Of a stretch of 56,338 nt of DNA, positions 50,796 to 56,338 are shown piece after piece. This stretch comes from Octopus bimaculoides (Eukaryota), in contig NC_069005.1 of the NCBI RefSeq assembly GCF_001194135.2, positions 12,864,511-12,920,848 on the forward strand, written 5' to 3'. A program made the position numbers and the translations under genes. How positions within the stretch are numbered: position 1 is the stretch's first letter; each line of letters starts with the position of its first letter. Under the pieces are notes generated by a model. That model worked only from the letters and a program-made list of their open reading frames with translations, made no database searches and had not been told where the DNA came from.

Positions 50796-51450
50796 GACAC
50801 CAGTGACTTGTTGGTCACTGTTTTTTTATATCAAAAGAAGTAAAATTTACCTAAACATGCGCTTGATACTTGCTCCCGATAACGGGTACGTGCTCCTGCT
50901 GACGCGCAAAGACGCAAAAATCTGGATTTGGCAATCTGGATTGCTGGAAGCTTTTCATCTGCTATTCATACATTTTTGTGCCTTTTAAGAGTAAACATCT
51001 ATAGGAATTTTCTCTCGAGACCAATACAGTTTTGTGGCTTTCTATAGTATATCCACGTTAAGTAAAATACACAAAATGCTATTCTGAACTTATACTGCTT
51101 CCGTCCCTAATTTTACAAAGCCTGCTGGCTATTTGCGACACCACTGATTTGTAAGTCACTGTTATTCTATATCAGAAGCGAAATTTGTCTAAGTGGTTGA
51201 TGGTGGATAATTACTACTGACGGTGCGCAAAGAAGAAGAAATCCGGATTTAGCAATTCCACTACCGTTGCTGGACGTATTTCCCCAGCTACATCAACACT
51301 TTTATGCTTTTTCTGTGTTATATGTCTACAAGGGAAGTTTTCTCAAGGCGTTGTAACTTTCTATATAGCATATTCACGTTAAGGACGATATACACAATGC
51401 TAATCTGAACTTATACTGCTTTCGTCGATAATAGCGAATTCACAAGGCAA
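50796..51450. repeat. Diverged tandem duplication (unit about 320-340 bp)
   Basis: Colinear shared blocks gacacca..gtcactgtt, gcgcaaaga..aaatc.ggattt.gcaat, cacgttaag, aatgct..tctgaacttatactgctt. Confidence 0.8.
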
Positions 51451-51884
51451 AAACATTTCTGCCAACAAATAATAAATACCATTTAGTCTTGGTATCGTTT
51501 TTTTCTAAATAGAAATCAATATGCAGTGACTACAATGAGCTTCTTTGGCTCAGGTTAAAGAAAATTTATTTCCTATTCTCATGAATATTTATATTTATTT
51601 TAATACATAAAATATAGAAATTCATGAATTCGGGAAGACTTTATTTATTCCCCTCATGAATATTTACTGCTTTTTTTTTTTTACCTTACTTCCTGAAAAT
51701 ACAAACTTCATGCAATGACAATAGATTAATGCTTGTATTAAATGATGTTTTAGATACAACCACTTTCGTTACACTTGTGGAATTAATTATTCCAGTGATT
51801 CGACACAAAAGCGACAGCAGATATCAGAAAAACGATGCCGGAAGCATGCACATGCAACATGTAAAGGTGGCAAGCCGGATAAAA

Positions 51885-52045
51885 CGCTTGGTGTCATTTC
51901 GTTCGTCTTTAAGTCCTGGCTTCAAATTCCGCCGAGGTGAACTTTACCTTTCATCCTTTCGGGGTCCATAAAATAAGCAACAGTACAGCATTAGGGTCGA
52001 AGCAATTGACCTCCTCCCTCCACCTAAATTGCTGGTGTTGTGCCN
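51885..52045 (+). mobile_element. SINE family B
   Basis: ttcaaattccgccgaggtgaactttacctttcatcctttcgggg. Confidence 0.75.
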
Positions 52046-53208
52046 NNNNNNNNNTATATAAGTTATGCTATATTCTGTTAAGAACGTAGTACAGTACAAT
52101 ACAAAGCTCGTTCACTTTCAGATCTACCCCCTCTGCTATCCAGTAGTAGTATTATACGTAATTCCAGGTTTGTGTTTGGGCTTCTTTACTGTATGAATAG
52201 ATAATTTAAGAAGTTGGAGTCAACAAGGTGTTCGGTTGGACATTTATTTTCAATCACTACAATTGTTTCTACGTAAAGTAGTTCACCAGGCATGCTGGTA
52301 CTTGATTATGCAACCCTTTCCCTGCATTAAGAGATCTAGTCGTGTTTCCTCAGGCGATATATAAATATTGTCTCCGTAAGTTCAAATTCTTGGCTTCAAG
52401 AGCATCCTCTCTGTCTGTCGTGGCCTGAAGTTAGCAGGAGCCACTGAGTTTATCAAAGGTGTTTTGTTGACAAACATTTTTCAGTTGTGTGCGTGTGTGA
52501 GTGTGCGTGTGTGTGAGGGTGTGTGTGTGTGTTTGTGTGTATATATAATATTTATGTATGTATATANNNNNNNNNNNNNNNNNNNNNNNNNNNNNNNNNN
52601 NNNNNNNNNNNNNNNNNNNNNNNNNNNNNNNNNNNNNNNNNNNNNNNNNNNNNNNNNNNNNNNNNNNNNNNNNNNNNNNNNNNNNNNNNNNNNNNNNNNN
52701 NNNNNNNNNNNNNNNNNNNNNNNNNNNNNNNNNNNNNNNNNNNNNNNNNNNNNNNNNNNNNNNNNNNNNNNNNNNNNNNNNNNNNNNNNNNNNNNNNNNN
52801 NNNNNNNNNNNNNNNNNNNNNNNNNNNNNNNNNNNNNNNNNNNNNNNNNNNNNNNNNNNNNNNNNNNNNNNNNNNNNNNNNNNNNNNNNNNNNNNNNNNN
52901 NNNNNNNNNNNNNNNNNNNNNNNNNNNNNNNNNNNNNNNNNNNNNNNNNNNNNNNNNNNNNNNNNNNNNNNNNNNNNNNNNNNNNNNNNNNNNNNNNNNN
53001 NNNNNNNNNNNNNNNNNNNNNNNNNNNNNNNNNNNNNNNNNNNNNNNNNNNNNNNNNNNNNNNNNNNNNNNNNNNNNNNNNNNNNNNNNNNNNNNNNNNN
53101 NNNNNNNNNNNNNNNNNNNNNNNNNNNNNNNNNNNNNNNNNNNNNNNNNNNNNNNNNNTATATATATATATATATATATGGATGGATGGATGGGTATATA
53201 GGGATATC

Positions 53209-53452
53209 TATAGAGACAAACAAAAGCTGAAATTATTCAAATGATGAACACTCATGTATAAGCATATAGATATTTATATATTTACAAAATAAATAAATTT
53301 ATATGGATTAAAAATTATACAGAAACCTACGGAGAGTTTTCTGTACTTTTTGTACTCCATATACATTCATTCATTTTGTAAATATATAAATATCAATATG
53401 CTTATACACGAGTGTTCATCTTTTGAAAATTGTCAGTCTTTGTTTATCTCTG
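53209..53452. repeat. Inverted-repeat (hairpin) element
   Basis: gatgaacactcatgtataagcatatagatatttatatatttacaaaat pairs with attttgtaaatatataaatatcaatatgcttatacacgagtgttcatc. Confidence 0.85.
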
Positions 53453-54551
53453 TTTATATCGCTTTATATATTTACATGTGTATATGTATCAATATTTTAA
53501 ATATGTAAAGCCTAATCGGGTTTATCTGCATCATTATCTTCATATAAGCTCACTTGGATTTTTTTACTCTTATAGCTACTCTTTACTCCACGGACTTAGC
53601 CCTCGATAAAGACTGTGGAGTGTAAGTTCAAACGATTTGAGCTCTGCTACGTATGTTCTTTATTGATCAACTCTGGATTTTACCTGTTGACTCTATATGT
53701 ATATTGCCGAATCGCTAAATTACGGGAAAGTAAATAAATCACCACCAGTTGTCCACCGGTTGGTGGGAAGACAAACGATGACACAGTATTATGTAGTTTA
53801 GTGATTCTATTAGTGGGCGTATTGATTTGGAAGATTATAGATCAGAGATGATTATTTTGACTGTACGTGTTAATAGTGCAATACATCTATATAGGGCTAA
53901 ACACTTTTGTTTATTATAAAGGATTGGCCCTGTTTGAGAACAAGCACTAGCAAATTAATTTGTTGTGTTTGATTTTTACTTTAACACTGGTGTCTTTCCT
54001 AATTTTGATAAATTTGATGTTATCACGAAATATATCACTTTTTGTACATCGTATTCGTCTGTGCCCACAATAAAAAACAAAAATGTTTCTTCTGACTTTA
54101 ACAAATTACAATTTTCTCGTTATTTTACAACACAACTCCCGCCAAGCTTACGATTCCTCAGTATATTTTAGTCTGATGTATTTGTATATCTATTTATTAC
54201 CTTCATGTTTGTATGAGGCTCACAGCATGTCATCAATTATTCATGTTTTTTTACCAAGTATCTCGAAAGATTCATAGAGTAATTTGTGTTCATTCTTTTT
54301 AATGTTTTGTTCATATTTTCCTTTAAGGAAGAACTTTGTGCTGAGCTTAAGGAGTGTCCTTTGATCAGGGTTGAATGTTTATTGGTAGCGGTTAAGGAAT
54401 TTTTTTTTTTTTTTTCGTATGGAAGCAACGCTACTTTTACTATAATAAACACCGCTAAACTCCGGATATTGTTATTCTCTATTCAATGAACAAATACTGA
54501 AAAAAGCACTATTAAATAAATCTTATCATCGTATGCCTACTGATTTTTATG

Positions 54552-54700
54552 TTCTGAGTTCAAATTCGGCCGAGGTCGACTTTGCCTTTCATCCTTTCGG
54601 AAAAGATAAATCAAGTACCAGTTACGTACTGGGGTAGATCTAATTAACTGGCCCCATCCCTCAAAATTTCGGGCCTTGTGCCTAGAGTAGAAAAGAATAT
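54552..54700 (+). mobile_element. SINE family B, 3' part
   Basis: ttctgagttcaaattcggccgaggtcgactttgcctttcatcctttcgg..gggccttgtgcctagagtagaaaagaat. Confidence 0.9.
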
Positions 54701-54726
54701 TACTATATCTGTGCGTTTGCATGTTT

Positions 54727-54760
<34 letters not shown>

Positions 54761-54808
54761 GTATATATGTATGTGCATATATGTGTGCGTGTGTGTGTGT
54801 GTGTGTGT

Positions 54809-55105
54809 GGAGGCGCAATGGCCCAGTGGTTAGAGCAGCGGACTCGCGGTCGGAGGATCGCAGTTCCGATTCTCAGACCGGGCGTTGTGAGTGTTCATTG
54901 AGCGAAAACACCATAAAGCTCCACGAGGCTCCGGAAGGAGAGGGGGTGGCAACTCCTGTTGTACTCTGTCACCCCAACTTTCTTTTACTCTTTCTTCTTG
55001 TTTCTTGAGTAACGGTGCGATGGACTGGCGTCCCGTCCAGCTGGGGGGAACACATACGCCATAGAAACCGGGAAACCGGGCCCAAGAGACTGGCTAAGCT
55101 TTAAA
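54809..55105 (+). mobile_element. tRNA-headed SINE (head type 1, tail type 2)
   Basis: Same head as 44145; different tail gcgatggactggcgtcccgtccagctgggg..gaaaccggg. Confidence 0.85.
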
Positions 55106-55127
55106 AAGGCGCATAAATAATATATGT

Positions 55128-55203
<76 letters not shown>

Positions 55204-55210
55204 GTACATA

Positions 55211-56062
55211 GAGGGTGCAGTGAATAAACTGTCGCCTAAATAACGCAAAAATGAAAATAACGGACATTTCATTTTAAGAGATATATTTACCAAAATTACA
55301 AAACAAATACCTTGAAATACTAAAGATTAAATTCATTCAATAAAATTGCCATTGGCTTCAACCATGGCCTCCAGGCCACTTCGAAAACTTCCGCAACTCT
55401 TCTAGACGGTCTCCTTGTTTAAGTTGGTGAATGTTGCCATAATCCTTGCCTTCAGTTTTTCTTTGGTGTTACAAGGAGTTTTCTTCGTCTCTCACTCAGG
55501 TGCGCCCCACACATAATAACCAAGAATGTTGCAGCCTGGGGAGTTAGGCGGCCAGATTTTAGGGGTGATGTGGTCGCAGAAATTGTCTGACAGCCATGAC
55601 TGTGTTTTCCTGCCTGTGTGGCATGGTGCAGAGTCCTATTACCAAACACAGAGTCTTCCAGCATCTACCCTCTTCACCCAGAGCAGCACTACCTCCCCCA
55701 AGCACGTGATGTACGTCTCCATGTTGAGTCTGAGGCCGTGTGATAAGATGAATGGAGGTATAACTTCGCGATCATTAGTGATCACTCCAAACACCATGAT
55801 GTTAACTGGATGTTTGGTTTTTATCACTCTCGGTACAGGTCCTCAGATTGCATTGTTCTCAGGTTGACACCCAAACACTCTGGAATGTTCATATCGGAGC
55901 TTCTGGCTAGAATGCCAAGCAGTACAGTATGTCGTTTCCAAATTTCTAACAGCAAATTGCGTCATGGCGCTGTTTTTCGCACAGACGGTGAGTAGTCAAC
56001 AAAATCAAAAACAAACAATGTGCATTAAAAATACAAAATGGTGACAAATTACCCATTGCAAC

Positions 56063-56065
<3 letters not shown>
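55211..56065 (-). mobile_element. maT-family (DD37D) Tc1/mariner transposon, internally deleted pseudogene
   Basis: TIRs gagggtgcagtgaataaactgtcgcc and ggtgacaaattacccattgcaacctc; KTKHPVNIMVFGVITND..PPFI..GLRLN, then frameshifted DSAPCH..WPPNSP..N.L.YYVWGA; spacing inferred from the motifs is 37 aa. Confidence 0.85.
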
Positions 56066-56095
<30 letters not shown>

Positions 56096-56149
56096 AATAT
56101 ATGCATATATCCATACATATATGTACATACCTACATCTATATGTACACA

Positions 56150-56305
56150 TACATGCATATATGGGTACAGGACATCAACAAAACTTTAAACACAATGAGA
56201 AACGAAAATATAAAAACGAACTTTTTTCGAACAACGAGACATGTAACATAAAGAGTATACCCCTTCGTCAGTTCTCCCTGTTCCATCTACTCCGCGTTTC
56301 GAAGG

Positions 56306-56310
<5 letters not shown>
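56150..56310 (-). mobile_element. Probable Penelope-like terminal fragment
   Basis: Minus strand ccttcgaaacgcggag..ctgacgaaggg; flanked by (TA)n. Confidence 0.4.

Positions 56311-56338
<28 letters not shown>

Noticed and set aside
52150-52430. Moderately GC-rich island with partly open minus frames (TYGDNIYISPEETRLDLLMQGKG)
   Set aside because: Multiple stops, no usable acceptor and no motif I can assign; possibly an old LTR-element fragment.

Overview
AT-rich, repeat-saturated eukaryotic DNA with many N-gaps flanked by (TA)n. The SINE families and microsatellite content look like an octopus (coleoid cephalopod) genome; this is inference from recognising the repeats, not a database result. 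No intact gene, RNA gene or CRISPR array is visible, and almost all ORF-track entries are microsatellite, N-gap or SINE artefacts. Supported content: more than 40 SINE copies of several families; decayed Penelope-like elements (RT FIDD motif plus GIY-YIG endonuclease); a CR1/L2-type LINE RT (YADD); an RTE 3' end; mariner, maT (DD37D) and pogo/Tigger-like DNA transposons or MITEs. The most notable observation is a set of long inverted-repeat (fold-back) elements whose arms carry Penelope-type minimal hammerhead-ribozyme-like motifs sharing a CCGA(T/A)GA core variant. One near-perfect 365-bp palindrome is centred on the stem-II hairpin of such a motif. A weak, unidentified chain of phase-compatible minus-strand exon candidates may belong to a host gene.
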